Below, one piece after another: positions 30,699 to 41,353 of a stretch of 64,000 nt of DNA. A program made the translations under genes and the position numbers. The notes beneath the pieces are model-generated. The model worked only from the letters and a program-made list of their open reading frames with translations, had not been told where the DNA came from and made no database searches. Numbering within the stretch: position 1 is the stretch's first letter; each line of letters starts with the position of its first letter. The stretch lies in the NCBI GenBank assembly GCA_048571215.1, contig CP182352.1, positions 1,184,001 through 1,248,000 of the forward strand, read 5' to 3'. The stretch comes from Halarcobacter sp. Lineage in GTDB: Bacteria > Campylobacterota > Campylobacteria > Campylobacterales > Arcobacteraceae.

Positions 30699-32927
30699 CT
30701 AAAGAAGGATTTCTCTATTACCTTTAGCATTAGATTCTGATAAAACTCCTGTTAGTTCTAACTGTTCAACAATGGTTGCAGCTCTATTATATCCTATTCT
30801 AAGTTTTCTTTGTATATATGAAATAGATGTTTTTCTATCTGTTAAAACAACCTCTTTTGCATCTTCATAAAGTTCATCAAGTTCAGTTATATCTGTTGTA
30901 TCACTTGAATTTGCTGAGTTACTTTTATCTTTTACAAAGTTCATATCATAAACTACTTCTCTTTGGTCTTTTAAGAAATCAACTACTTTTTCTATCTCAT
31001 CCTCTTTTGACCATGGTGCATGGATACGAACAAGACCTGAAGTCCCAGGAGGTGTAAATAACATATCACCTCGACCCAATAATGATTCTGCACCCATAGA
31101 ATCTAAAATAATCTTAGAATCAACCTTTTGCCCTACTTTATATGAAAGTCTACTTGGAAGGTTAGCTTTTATAAGTCCAGTTACAACATCTACTGATGGT
31201 CTTTGGGTTGCTACAATTAGGTGAATACCTGAAGCTCTTGCCATTTGTGCAAGTCTTGCAATAGATAGTTCAACATCTTTACCACTAGTCATCATTAAGT
31301 CCGCTAACTCATCAATTACAACTACAATATAAGGGATCTCTTCATAGCCTTCTTTTTTTGCTTTTTCATTGTAGTTTTCAATATTTTTAGTTTTTGTTTG
31401 ACTCATTAGTGTATAACGTCTTTCCATCTCAGCAACCATATTTGATAAGGCATTTATAGCATCAGTTGGTTTTGTGATAACAGGAGTTAATAGATGGGGG
31501 ATTTCATTATACATAGAAAACTCCAACATTTTTGGGTCTATCATCACAAGTTTTAGCTTATCTGGAGAATTTTTATATAAAAGAGAAAGTATCATGGCAT
31601 TTATACCAACAGATTTACCAGAACCAGTAGTTCCTGCAATAAGCAAGTGTGGAAGTTTTTTAAGGTCAGTTATAAATGGTTTTCCAACAATATCTTTTCC
31701 TAAAATCATAGTCAAAGGAGATTTTGAATTTTGGAAAAGTTCACTTTCTAATAATTCTTTAATATATATGGTTTGTAACTCATCATTTGGTACTTCTATC
31801 CCAACTACATCTTTCCCAGGAATTGGAGCTTGTATCCTGATAGTTTGAGCTTTTAATGCCATTGCCAAATCATCTTGAAGGTTTAATATTTTTGAAACTT
31901 TTACATTTGGAGCTGGTTTAAATTCAAAGGTTGTAACAACAGGTCCTGTATAAGTTCTTACCACATCCCCTTCTATTTTAAACATTAAAAGTTTTTCTAA
32001 TAAATCTTCAATTTTTTGATCAATTTGAGCTTCTGAAACTCTAGATTTTTTCTCTTTAGGTGCAGTTTGGAAAAATTTTGTTGGTGGTAGTACAAAATCT
32101 TTTGGTTTTTCTGTTTCCCCTATCTCTATATCATCTAATAATTTTTTATTTTCTTCAAGCTCTTCAACTATTACAGAGTGTGAGAAGTGTTCCTCTTGTA
32201 TCTCAATCTCTATTTCATTATCCAAACTAATTGGTTTTTCTTTGGCTCTTGATTCTTTTTTATCTTCTTTTAAATGTTCATCCATTTGATTTAGATTGAT
32301 TATATTTAAATCATCAACCTCAATATCAGCAACATTGTCATCCTCTTCAATAACAATCTCTGACACATCACCAAGCTCTTTTATACTAACTTTATCTTCA
32401 TTTTGAGCTTTTCTTTCCCTTTTTCTATTTTCTATTTTTTTAAACTTTTGTGTTTCTTCTGCTTTTTTAAATTTTGGCAAGATTTTTTTTGTATCAAAGT
32501 TAAAATTTACATCTTCAAATATAATTAAACTCGAAATAACAAAACCAATAATAACAAAAATCCAAAGACCAGCAAGACCTATAAATGGAAGCATTGAGGC
32601 AACTATGAAGTTACCTATCTCTCCACTATATATCCCTTTTCCTACTACTAATGATTGGAAAATAAGTAGAGTAAAAACTAAAAGTATTGAAGCAATTGAC
32701 TTTATAAGTAAATCATTTTTTTTCAACTCTTTTTTAAAGTTTAATATATATAAAACATATATAAAAAGCAGTAAATAAAAATATGAGATAAAGCCAAAAT
32801 ACATGTGGGAATATTTTGCAAAGATTGAACCTATTTTCCCTACACTTATTTTATCGCTAACAAATGTTGAGTACTCAAAATATATTATGATAAAAAGAAA
32901 AATTAGTGATGAAATTCGCTTAATTAT
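30699..32927 (-). CDS. ftsK: DNA translocase FtsK; ORF track starts at 32804 but the frame is open to 32930, probable ATA/ATT start at 32927/32924
   Basis: IAGTTGSGKS, IDPKMLE, VIDELADL, ATQRPS, gamma domain QRKLRIGYNRAA. Confidence 0.95.
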   Translation of the reverse strand: MIKRISSLIFLFIIIYFEYSTFVSDKISVGKIGSIFAKYSHMYFGFISYFYLLLFIYVLYILNFKKELKKNDLLIKSIASILLVFTLLIFQSLVVGKGIYSGEIGNFIVASMLPFIGLAGLWIFVIIGFVISSLIIFEDVNFNFDTKKILPKFKKAEETQKFKKIENRKRERKAQNEDKVSIKELGDVSEIVIEEDDNVADIEVDDLNIINLNQMDEHLKEDKKESRAKEKPISLDNEIEIEIQEEHFSHSVIVEELEENKKLLDDIEIGETEKPKDFVLPPTKFFQTAPKEKKSRVSEAQIDQKIEDLLEKLLMFKIEGDVVRTYTGPVVTTFEFKPAPNVKVSKILNLQDDLAMALKAQTIRIQAPIPGKDVVGIEVPNDELQTIYIKELLESELFQNSKSPLTMILGKDIVGKPFITDLKKLPHLLIAGTTGSGKSVGINAMILSLLYKNSPDKLKLVMIDPKMLEFSMYNEIPHLLTPVITKPTDAINALSNMVAEMERRYTLMSQTKTKNIENYNEKAKKEGYEEIPYIVVVIDELADLMMTSGKDVELSIARLAQMARASGIHLIVATQRPSVDVVTGLIKANLPSRLSYKVGQKVDSKIILDSMGAESLLGRGDMLFTPPGTSGLVRIHAPWSKEDEIEKVVDFLKDQREVVYDMNFVKDKSNSANSSDTTDITELDELYEDAKEVVLTDRKTSISYIQRKLRIGYNRAATIVEQLELTGVLSESNAKGNREILL

Positions 32928-32930
32928 GAC

Positions 32931-33884
32931 TTACCCTTTTTTTAAAAGATTTGAGATTTTACTTTGAAGTCTAAGCCATTGCTTATGTTCAAATAGTGGA
33001 AATCCTGCCCACTGTTTTTTTGGTTCTTTTATTGATTTTGTAACTCCACCACGAGCAGCTATTGTAGTAAATGGTGCTATTTCTAAATGACCTGCTGTTG
33101 CACTTTGACCACCCATAATAACGTATTGGTGAAGTGTTGTTGAACCAGAAAGTCCAACTTGACCTGTTAGAATACAGCCAGTTCCTAGTTTACAGTTATG
33201 GGCAATATGAATTAAGTTATCTAATCTACAACCATCTGATATAATTGTTGAGTTAAAAACTGCCCTATCTATAGAACAGTTTGAACCTATTTCTACATCA
33301 TTACCAATTATTACATTACCATTTTGATAGATTTTAATGTACTTACCATCCTTAGTATTTGCAAAGCCAAAACCATCTGAACCTATAACAACTCCTGAGT
33401 GTATTATAGTCTTACTTCCAATTTTACAATCCCTATAGATAGTAACATTTGGATATATTATTGTATTGTTTCCAATCTCAACATTATCACCAATAAAACT
33501 TCCAGCCATAATTGTACAGTTGTCACCAATTTTAGTATTGTTTCCTAAGTATACATTAGGCATGATTATACAATTATCTCCAATTTCTGGTTGTTTTTCA
33601 ATAACTTCAACTGTTTTAGGTGCAAAAAGTTTTGAGGCAAGTGCAAGTTTTATATATGGTTCTTCACAAACTAAAGCTATAGTATCTTTTGGTACAAGAT
33701 CTTTGAACTCATCTTTTACTAAAACAGCAGCTGCTTTTGTTTTACCTAAATCTTTTAGATATTTTTTATTTTCTAAAAATGTTAATTGATTTTGATTTGA
33801 TTCAAGTAATGTATTTAAACCACTTATCTTTATAGTCTCTTCACAATTTAAATCTAAAGATTTAGCAATCTCTTTTAAAGTCAA
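32931..33884 (-). CDS. lpxD: UDP-3-O-acylglucosamine N-acyltransferase
   Basis: Hexapeptide repeats, IGSDGFGF, DNLIHIAHN. Confidence 0.95.
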   Translation of the reverse strand: MTLKEIAKSLDLNCEETIKISGLNTLLESNQNQLTFLENKKYLKDLGKTKAAAVLVKDEFKDLVPKDTIALVCEEPYIKLALASKLFAPKTVEVIEKQPEIGDNCIIMPNVYLGNNTKIGDNCTIMAGSFIGDNVEIGNNTIIYPNVTIYRDCKIGSKTIIHSGVVIGSDGFGFANTKDGKYIKIYQNGNVIIGNDVEIGSNCSIDRAVFNSTIISDGCRLDNLIHIAHNCKLGTGCILTGQVGLSGSTTLHQYVIMGGQSATAGHLEIAPFTTIAARGGVTKSIKEPKKQWAGFPLFEHKQWLRLQSKISNLLKKG

Positions 33885-33921
33885 ATGACACTCCTTGGTA
33901 TTTTAAAAAGATAGGGAAAAC

Positions 33922-34419
33922 CTATCTTTCTATTGCAACAACTCCACTTTTTACAACTTCAATTGGTCTGAATTTTTGCATTACATTTGTAAAGTTTGCA
34001 ATTCTGTGTGGTTCATCTGTTGCTGATAATACGATTGCATCTTCAGTAACATTTTGAATATGGCCATTATATGCTCTAGCTAATACATCTATATCACTTA
34101 AAGGCTGATCTATAGGTATCTTAATCAAAACTGTCTCTTTTTCAATAACATTTTGGTGCTCATTTACTTTTAAAACAGGTATTAATTTATTTAATTGTTT
34201 TACAATTTGATCAATTACTCTTTTATCTCCAGTTGTAACTATTGTCATTCTAGAGTATTCACTACCTGTTATAGCAGCTACAGTTAAAGAATCGATATTA
34301 TAACCTCTTGCAGAGAATAGTCCAACAATTCTTGATAAAGCATTATGCTCATTTATGACTATAACAGAGATAACTTGTCTAGTGATTATTTGATCATAAT
34401 AGTGGTTAAAATTATTCAT
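33922..34419 (-). CDS. ilvH: Acetolactate synthase small subunit
   Basis: LSRIVGLFSARGYNIDSL, KQLNKLI. Confidence 0.93.
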   Translation of the reverse strand: MNNFNHYYDQIITRQVISVIVINEHNALSRIVGLFSARGYNIDSLTVAAITGSEYSRMTIVTTGDKRVIDQIVKQLNKLIPVLKVNEHQNVIEKETVLIKIPIDQPLSDIDVLARAYNGHIQNVTEDAIVLSATDEPHRIANFTNVMQKFRPIEVVKSGVVAIER

Positions 34420-36106
34420 TGCTATCTCCTAAAAGTGTCATTTCATTTAATGCATGTCCATTTGGTACCATAGGTAATACTATTTCATCTCTTGAAACTA
34501 TAACCTCTATCATGGCAACTTTTTTCTTTTCAACTGCATCTTTTAATGCCTCATCAAACTCTTTTTTTGTAGTAACTCTATAACCAAGACCTCCAAATGA
34601 TTCTGCAAGCATTTTAAAATCAGGTTGTGCAGTTAAATCTGTTTCTGCAAGTCTGTTTTCATAAAATAGTGTTTGCCATTGTCTTACCATTCCTAGGTAG
34701 TTATTATTTAGTACTATATTGATTACAGGCAGATTATTTTCAACACAAGTCATCAGTTCTTGGATGTTCATTAAAATAGAACCATCTCCTGTAAAGTTAA
34801 TAGATACCTTGTCTCTATTTCCTCTAGCAACTCCCATAGCCCCAGGAAGTCCAAATCCCATAGTTCCTAAACCACCAGAAGTGTTCCATTGTCTAGGATA
34901 TGTAAATGGGTAAAATTGAGCTGACCACATTTGATGTTGTCCAACATCTGTTGAGATAATAGCATCTTCTCCAAGTATCTCCCCTACTCTTTTAATAGCC
35001 CATTGAGGTTTTATCACTGTATCAGAATCATTAAATCTTAAAGGTTCTTTTTGTTTATATTCCCTTAAAAGTGAAACCCAATTAGTAAAGTCATTAAATT
35101 CAAGCTCTTTTGCTGCTTCAATCATACCCTCTACAGTTACTTTTAAATCCCCAACTATTGGATAATTTGTATGAACTAGTTTTGCAATAGAAGCTGGATC
35201 AATATCTACATGAATAACCTTTGCTTTTTTTGCAAATTCATCTAATCTTCCTGTAACCCTATCATCAAATCTAGCACCAAGTGAGATAATACAATCAGTA
35301 TCATGTGCCGCCATATTAGCTGCAAACTCCCCATGCATACCTAACATACCAATTAATAGGTTATCATCATGACTTAAAACACCTCTTGCCATAAGTGTTT
35401 CAACTACTGGTATATTTGTAAGTCTTGCAAACTCTCTAATCTCATATGCACAGTTAGCTAAAATAGCACCACCACCCACATAAAGTAGAGGTTTTTTAGA
35501 CTTGGCAATAGCATCCATAGCTTTTTTTAATTGTCTTTTATTGTAATTAACAGTTGGTTTATATGTTGGTAGATTTACCTCTTTTGGATATACAAAGTTT
35601 GCCAACTCTGCTGTTATATCTTTTGGAATATCTACATGTACAGGTCCTGGTCTTCCAGTACTTGCAATATGAAATGCCTCTTTAATTATTCTTGGTAAAT
35701 CTTTTATATGATTAACCAAATAGTTATGTTTTGTACATGGTCTACTAATACCAACAGCATCAATCTCTTGGAATCCATCTGTTCCAATAATAGTTGTTGG
35801 TACTTGCCCTGAAATCACAACTAATGGCACAGAATCCATATAAGCATCAGCTAAACCAGTTACTGCATTTGTAAATCCTGGACCACTTGTTACAATAGCC
35901 ACCCCTACTTTTCCAGTAGATTTTGCATAACCTTCTGCTGCATGAATAGCTGCTTGTTCATGTCTAGTCAGAATGTGTTGAAAAAAACTTTGTTTATATA
36001 TTTCATCATAGACATTCATAATAGCGCCACCAGGGTAACCAAATACTACATCTACCCCTTCCTCTTTTAATGATTCAATAACCATTTTTGCGCCAGTTAT
36101 TTTCAT
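34412..36106 (-). CDS. ilvI: Acetolactate synthase large subunit
   Basis: FGYPGG, RHEQAA, GARFDDR, DVGQHQMW, GDGS..MN. Confidence 0.95.
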   Translation of the reverse strand: MKITGAKMVIESLKEEGVDVVFGYPGGAIMNVYDEIYKQSFFQHILTRHEQAAIHAAEGYAKSTGKVGVAIVTSGPGFTNAVTGLADAYMDSVPLVVISGQVPTTIIGTDGFQEIDAVGISRPCTKHNYLVNHIKDLPRIIKEAFHIASTGRPGPVHVDIPKDITAELANFVYPKEVNLPTYKPTVNYNKRQLKKAMDAIAKSKKPLLYVGGGAILANCAYEIREFARLTNIPVVETLMARGVLSHDDNLLIGMLGMHGEFAANMAAHDTDCIISLGARFDDRVTGRLDEFAKKAKVIHVDIDPASIAKLVHTNYPIVGDLKVTVEGMIEAAKELEFNDFTNWVSLLREYKQKEPLRFNDSDTVIKPQWAIKRVGEILGEDAIISTDVGQHQMWSAQFYPFTYPRQWNTSGGLGTMGFGLPGAMGVARGNRDKVSINFTGDGSILMNIQELMTCVENNLPVINIVLNNNYLGMVRQWQTLFYENRLAETDLTAQPDFKMLAESFGGLGYRVTTKKEFDEALKDAVEKKKVAMIEVIVSRDEIVLPMVPNGHALNEMTLLGDSNE

Positions 36107-36249
36107 TGTCTCTCCCTATTATAAATTAGTCGATATTGTATAAAAAATATCATTAAGCAAAGGTTAGAGAATGGGGTTTGTATTTATAGTTTTATTTCTT
36201 ATTTATCTTCAATGAAGTAAAATATATAAAAAAATAATGGAGTTTACAA

Positions 36250-37071
36250 ATGGATATTAATGACGTAAGTAGTATTAATAGTAATTTACCTTCACTAAAT
36301 GATGTGTCTACAAATAATCCATTGGTTGGTAAATCTTCTACAATAGATTCTATTAAAAATGATTCAAAAGATTCTCTTAATCTTACTATTAGTGAATATA
36401 ATAAAAGAAGAGATGAATTATCAGCTTCACTTCAAGCCTTTACTCAAGGTATTGGTTTAACAACTGTTGCTCAAAGTGGACTTGATAATCAAATGGAGTT
36501 TTTAAAAAAAATTGAGACTAAACTTGCTGATATTAGAGATAATAATCAAGCAGTAGATGATAAAAATACTCTTAAAAATGATATAAATAAAGAGTTATTA
36601 AATTTTAGAGAAGAGGCTTATCAAACAAAGTATAAAAATGAAAAACTATTAGCCTTAGATGAATATGAAGATAATCCGACAATTACAATTGATACAAAAG
36701 AGGCAAATTACTCTTTAGATAAACCAGATACACCACAAGTAGCTACAAAAATCGCTCAAGCGTTAAGTTCTAGTGACTTAAATAATCCAGATTCTTTACT
36801 TAATGTAATTGATACGGTTGATTCTAGTGTAAAGCAAATGGAAAATATTAAAGATGATTTTAAAGATTTACAAGAAAAATTAAAAGAGAGTGCAAAGAGT
36901 TCAATTCAAGATCAAATATCTCTTTCAAATGAAAATAGAAAAAACAAAGATCTAAATTTTGGTAAAGAAAGTAATGATTTTACTAAAACAAATGTAATGT
37001 CAAATATGGGATACTTAGCCGCTTCACAAGCAAATATAGTACAAGAACAAAGTGTTAGATTACTCTCTTAA
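36250..37071 (+). CDS. Divergent flagellin-like protein
   Basis: C-terminus FGKESNDFTK...ASQANIVQEQSVRLLS matches flagellin D0; GIGLTTVAQSGL resembles the N-terminal D1 helix. Confidence 0.65.
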   Translation: MDINDVSSINSNLPSLNDVSTNNPLVGKSSTIDSIKNDSKDSLNLTISEYNKRRDELSASLQAFTQGIGLTTVAQSGLDNQMEFLKKIETKLADIRDNNQAVDDKNTLKNDINKELLNFREEAYQTKYKNEKLLALDEYEDNPTITIDTKEANYSLDKPDTPQVATKIAQALSSSDLNNPDSLLNVIDTVDSSVKQMENIKDDFKDLQEKLKESAKSSIQDQISLSNENRKNKDLNFGKESNDFTKTNVMSNMGYLAASQANIVQEQSVRLLS

Positions 37072-37971
37072 TAAACAGTAATCTATTGCTACACCTTCCC
37101 TTAAACCATCATCTAAAACTATAGATTCTTTTTTTTCTAGTACTTCAAAAATAGCTTTGTAAATATATATTCCAATCTCTATAAATTCGACTCTGCCCTT
37201 CCCTACAAGTTTAACGATTGTTTCTTTTGAAGAGTTTCTAAAAATATCTAAAGCATCCTCTAAATCCTTTAGATTAACAAGAGTTCCATTTACTACATCT
37301 TTGTCATAGTGAAAAAAGTCTTGACCTAATTTTATAGCTGCAATTGTTGTTGGGGTACCAGCAGTTGCCACAAAAGTAAAATCATCTAGGTTTATGTTTA
37401 GTTCATCTAAAAAGTTTTTTATATCTTTTTTGTGGTTTTCAAGTTCTTGTTTTAAACCTTCATATGAGAGGTATTTTTGAGTTAAAGTTACTATTCCAAA
37501 ATTGAAACTGTGGGAATGAAACTGTTCATCTATATTTACAATTATCTCAGTTGAACCACCACCAATATCAAGAAGTATAAATTTTGATGAAGGAATTTTT
37601 TCCCTTTTTAGAGCATATTTAACAGCTAAAAGGGTTAATCTAGCCTCCTCTTTTCCATCAATAATCTTAAAATTTGTCCCACTATTTTTTTTGAAAAAAT
37701 CTAAAACCTCTTGGTTGTTTGAGGCTAATCTCATTGCTGCTGTTGTAACACAAACAGCTTTATGGGGATCATAATTTAATTTTTCTGATGATTTTTTTAT
37801 GGCATCTAAAACTCTTTGTTGGGCATCTTTTGAGATAAGTCCAGTTTGATTTAAGCCATCTGCCATACCAACAACTTCATTGTATTCATCTATAATCTCA
37901 TGGTTTAGACAATCGTATATTAGGACTCTAAAAGAGTTAGAGCCTAAATCTATAGTAGTTATTTGAGTCAT
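37060..37971 (-). CDS. ppx: Ppx/GppA phosphatase, short form
   Basis: IDLGSNSFR, TAAMR, GKEEA, DIGGGSTE, GLREG. Confidence 0.9.
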   Translation of the reverse strand: MTQITTIDLGSNSFRVLIYDCLNHEIIDEYNEVVGMADGLNQTGLISKDAQQRVLDAIKKSSEKLNYDPHKAVCVTTAAMRLASNNQEVLDFFKKNSGTNFKIIDGKEEARLTLLAVKYALKREKIPSSKFILLDIGGGSTEIIVNIDEQFHSHSFNFGIVTLTQKYLSYEGLKQELENHKKDIKNFLDELNINLDDFTFVATAGTPTTIAAIKLGQDFFHYDKDVVNGTLVNLKDLEDALDIFRNSSKETIVKLVGKGRVEFIEIGIYIYKAIFEVLEKKESIVLDDGLREGVAIDYCLLRE

Positions 37972-38529
37972 TTACGGGTGTTTGATTTTAAGTTTTGAGT
38001 TTAATAAATAAGCTATTATAATCATTAGTACTAAAACTGTCTCTTCATTCATAATATCAGTTAGCCAAACTAAATATACTACCCATAATAAAATAGCTCC
38101 AAGTGGTGTAGGAATACCGGTAAAGTATTTTTCAACTTCACCCTCTTGAGCATTTATATTAAATTGGATTAATCTTCTAAGTCCTGAAATCACATAAAAA
38201 ACAAATGCAAAAACTACCAATGGCGTGTTTATCATTAGCTCTTTTCCATCAATTACTGCAAAAAAGATAAACATAGTTGGAACTATAACAAAAGATAAAA
38301 AATCAGCAAAAGAGTCTAATTGAATACCAAACTCTGTTGATAAATTATATTTTCTTGCGATTTTTCCATCAACAATATCAAATGCACCTGCAAGCCAGGC
38401 AAACATAGCACTAGCAAAGAAGCTGTTATGTGTTAAAAAATATATGGCAAAGATACCTGCAGTTATATTAAAAAATGTTGCAAGATTTGCCAAATTGAAG
38501 TGACTGTTTTTATTAAACAAAAATGTCAT
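37972..38529 (-). CDS. pssA: CDP-alcohol phosphatidyltransferase, phosphatidylserine synthase-like
   Basis: DIVDGKIARK...FGIQLDSFAD, FTGIPTP. Confidence 0.8.
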   Translation of the reverse strand: MTFLFNKNSHFNLANLATFFNITAGIFAIYFLTHNSFFASAMFAWLAGAFDIVDGKIARKYNLSTEFGIQLDSFADFLSFVIVPTMFIFFAVIDGKELMINTPLVVFAFVFYVISGLRRLIQFNINAQEGEVEKYFTGIPTPLGAILLWVVYLVWLTDIMNEETVLVLMIIIAYLLNSKLKIKHP

Positions 38530-38544
38530 TATTACCCTTATTTA

Positions 38545-39642
38545 TTAAATTGTAAACTGGTTTCTACCGTTTTGTTTTGATTTGTAAAGATTTTCATCGG
38601 CAAGTTTATATAATCTATTACATGAGATATAACTGTTTGGTTCATATATAACTGCACCGATTGATATGGTTACAACTTTCGATATTTTACTATTTTTATG
38701 CTCAATATTTAATGATTCGATAACTTTATTTATATCTGAAAGACACTCTTTTAATATATCTTCATCAATATCGAATAATATAACACCAAACTCTTCTCCT
38801 CCAAGTCTAAAAACATATTCATACTCTTTATCAAAATAGCTTTTTAATTGAGCAGCAACAGCTTTTAGGGTTAAATCTCCCATATCATGACCATAGGTAT
38901 CATTATATTGTTTAAAAAAGTCTATGTCAAACATTACAAAAGCAGTTCTCCAGTTATTTGCATTTGAGATAAAAGGCATATTATCAAATATTTTATCAAA
39001 ATATTTTCTATTGTAAAGTTTAGTCATAGAATCAGTTATTGATTCTAAAGCATATTTTTTTGTTAAAATCTTTAGTTGGTTGTCTTTTTTTATTATTGAG
39101 TAGATAATCACTGAAATAAATATAAATGCAACAACTATTAAAAGAATCATATTATAAAAAAGATAATCTTTCATAGAGGAATAATCTTGTAAAAACTCTT
39201 TTCTTTTTTTATAGGCAATATCTTTTTCATACTCTTTTAAAAAGTCAATTTTTTTTATAACCTTTTGATAAGTTTGTAGTTTTACTTTATAGTTTAAAGA
39301 GTTTATTACATGCTTGTTAATATTGTTTATCACTTTTCTCTCACTATTGCTTTTATAAGCATTATTATAATATTCCCAGTCTTTTTTGATTTTATTAAAA
39401 AAAGAATCTCTTTTACAAACTTTGTATTTTCTCATACATTTAATTAGGTCTTGATAGTTTTCCTCTATACTATGAAGTTTAAGTACAGGGATATAATTAC
39501 CAAAATATATATAGTCAATTTGATTTTTCAATTTTTCAATTTGTGAATTAAACATAAAACTTGATGTAATTAGTGAGGAGATAATAATTACACTTAGTAC
39601 AGCCAGTTTAAAACTTACACTTTTATAGAACTCTCTTTTCAT
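38545..39642 (-). CDS. Membrane diguanylate cyclase with periplasmic sensor
   Basis: Two TM helices; DIDFFKQYNDTYGH, RLGGEEF; no RxxD I-site. Confidence 0.9.
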   Translation of the reverse strand: MKREFYKSVSFKLAVLSVIIISSLITSSFMFNSQIEKLKNQIDYIYFGNYIPVLKLHSIEENYQDLIKCMRKYKVCKRDSFFNKIKKDWEYYNNAYKSNSERKVINNINKHVINSLNYKVKLQTYQKVIKKIDFLKEYEKDIAYKKRKEFLQDYSSMKDYLFYNMILLIVVAFIFISVIIYSIIKKDNQLKILTKKYALESITDSMTKLYNRKYFDKIFDNMPFISNANNWRTAFVMFDIDFFKQYNDTYGHDMGDLTLKAVAAQLKSYFDKEYEYVFRLGGEEFGVILFDIDEDILKECLSDINKVIESLNIEHKNSKISKVVTISIGAVIYEPNSYISCNRLYKLADENLYKSKQNGRNQFTI

Positions 39643-39747
39643 AAGTGTGAGTATACCTAATTAGTATTTAAAATGGTTATAATTATAGCTTAACTTTGTC
39701 TTAAAGTTCTTTAGATATAATCGCGATTTACTAAGGAAGGATATATA

Positions 39748-41292
39748 TTGTTAAATTTTAAAGAAACATTTATAGGTAATAGTGCAAAAAATGATATTTT
39801 GTCAGGTATTGTTGTTGCAATTGCACTTGTACCTGAAGCTATTGCATTTTCTATTATTGCTGGAGTATCACCATTAGTTGGACTTTATACAGCATTTATT
39901 TTAGGATTTATTACTGCCTTAGTTGGTGGTAAAGCTGGTATGATTTCTGGAGCTACAGGTGCTATTGCTGTTGTTCTTGTAGGTTTGGTTGTTCAAGTTA
40001 AGGATTCTCTTTCTCCCCAGGTTATGGAACAGCTAACACAAAATGGCGAATTATCTAGTTATATTTTACAATATATTCTTTTAGCAACTATATTAGCTGG
40101 AATTATTCAAGTAACAATTGGAGCTTTTAGATTAGGAAAACTTATTAGGTTGGTCCCTCAACCTGCTATGTATGGTTTTGTAAATGGACTTGCAATTGTA
40201 ATAGCAATGGCACAGTTTCCTCTTTTTGAGGGTGAAAATTGGGTTATGTATGCTTTAATTATAGGAACTATGATAATAGTTAAGTTTTTTCCAAAAGTAT
40301 CAACGGCAATCCCCTCAGGTCTTGTTGCTATTATAGTGATATCTGTAATTGTAATCACCCTTGATCTAGATACAAAAAGAGTTGGAGATTTGGCTAATAT
40401 TAGTGGTAATCTTCCTAGCTTTGCAATACCAACAATTCACTTAACTTTTGAATCTATATTAATTGTATTACCATATGCTGTTTTAGTTGCTTTAGTTGGT
40501 CTTATTGAGTCTTTATTGACCCTTTCAGTTCTTGATGAAATGGGTGGTAAAAGAGGTAGTGGGAACCAAGAGTGTATAGCCCAAGGTACTGGTAATATTG
40601 TATGTGGATTTTTTGGAGGAATGGCTGGTTGTGCAATGATTGGACAGTCTATTATTAACTTTAGTAATGGTGGATGGGGAAGATTATCAGCTTTGACTGC
40701 TTCTATACTACTTATCTCTTTTGTAGTATCTTTATCTGGCTTTATTGCAATGATTCCTGTTGCTGTTTTAGTTGGTATTATGTTTATGGTAGCTATTGGA
40801 ACCTTTGAATGGGAGAGTGGTAATAGAATTAGATATATGCCAAATCATGATAAGTTTGTGTTGATTGCTGTTACTGTTATTACGATATTTGCAGACCTTG
40901 CAATTGCTGTTATTACGGGTATTATCATCTCTGCACTTGTATTTGCTTGGAAACATAGTAAAGTAAGAAGTAGAACACATAGAGAAGATGATAATACAAA
41001 AGTTTATGAGTTTGATGGACCGTTATTTTTTGGCTCAACTACATCATTTTTTGAATTATTTGATACTAAACATGACCCTGAAAATATTATTTTGGACTTT
41101 AAAGATGCAAGAGTTATGGATATTTCAGGAGTTGAAGCTATTGATACTATTACTAAAAGGTATGCAGACGAAGGGAAAAAACTTACAATTAGATATTTAA
41201 GTGAAGATTGTAAAAAAATTCTTAAGGATGCTGGTCCATTTTGTACTTATGAAGAGAATGAACCTAAATATAAGTTGGCTATAGACTACTAA
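39748..41292 (+). CDS. SulP/SLC26 anion transporter with STAS domain
   Basis: ALVPEAIAF, ISGATGA, GCAMIGQS, GPLFFGS. Confidence 0.92.
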   Translation: MLNFKETFIGNSAKNDILSGIVVAIALVPEAIAFSIIAGVSPLVGLYTAFILGFITALVGGKAGMISGATGAIAVVLVGLVVQVKDSLSPQVMEQLTQNGELSSYILQYILLATILAGIIQVTIGAFRLGKLIRLVPQPAMYGFVNGLAIVIAMAQFPLFEGENWVMYALIIGTMIIVKFFPKVSTAIPSGLVAIIVISVIVITLDLDTKRVGDLANISGNLPSFAIPTIHLTFESILIVLPYAVLVALVGLIESLLTLSVLDEMGGKRGSGNQECIAQGTGNIVCGFFGGMAGCAMIGQSIINFSNGGWGRLSALTASILLISFVVSLSGFIAMIPVAVLVGIMFMVAIGTFEWESGNRIRYMPNHDKFVLIAVTVITIFADLAIAVITGIIISALVFAWKHSKVRSRTHREDDNTKVYEFDGPLFFGSTTSFFELFDTKHDPENIILDFKDARVMDISGVEAIDTITKRYADEGKKLTIRYLSEDCKKILKDAGPFCTYEENEPKYKLAIDY

Positions 41293-41313
41293 GAGAGGTT
41301 TATTACCACTATA

Positions 41314-41342
41314 TTTACATTTGTTTTTCAGTGTGATATAAT
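41314..41342 (+). promoter_or_regulatory. Sigma70-type promoter for the 41406 ORF and trxC
   Basis: TTTACA (41314-41319), 17 bp, TATAAT (41337-41342) with extended TG. Confidence 0.7.
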
Positions 41343-41353
41343 TAATAAAAAGT

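Noticed and set aside
36107..36249. ilv leader-peptide attenuator
   Set aside because: No Ile/Leu/Val-rich short ORF with a terminator hairpin found upstream of ilvI
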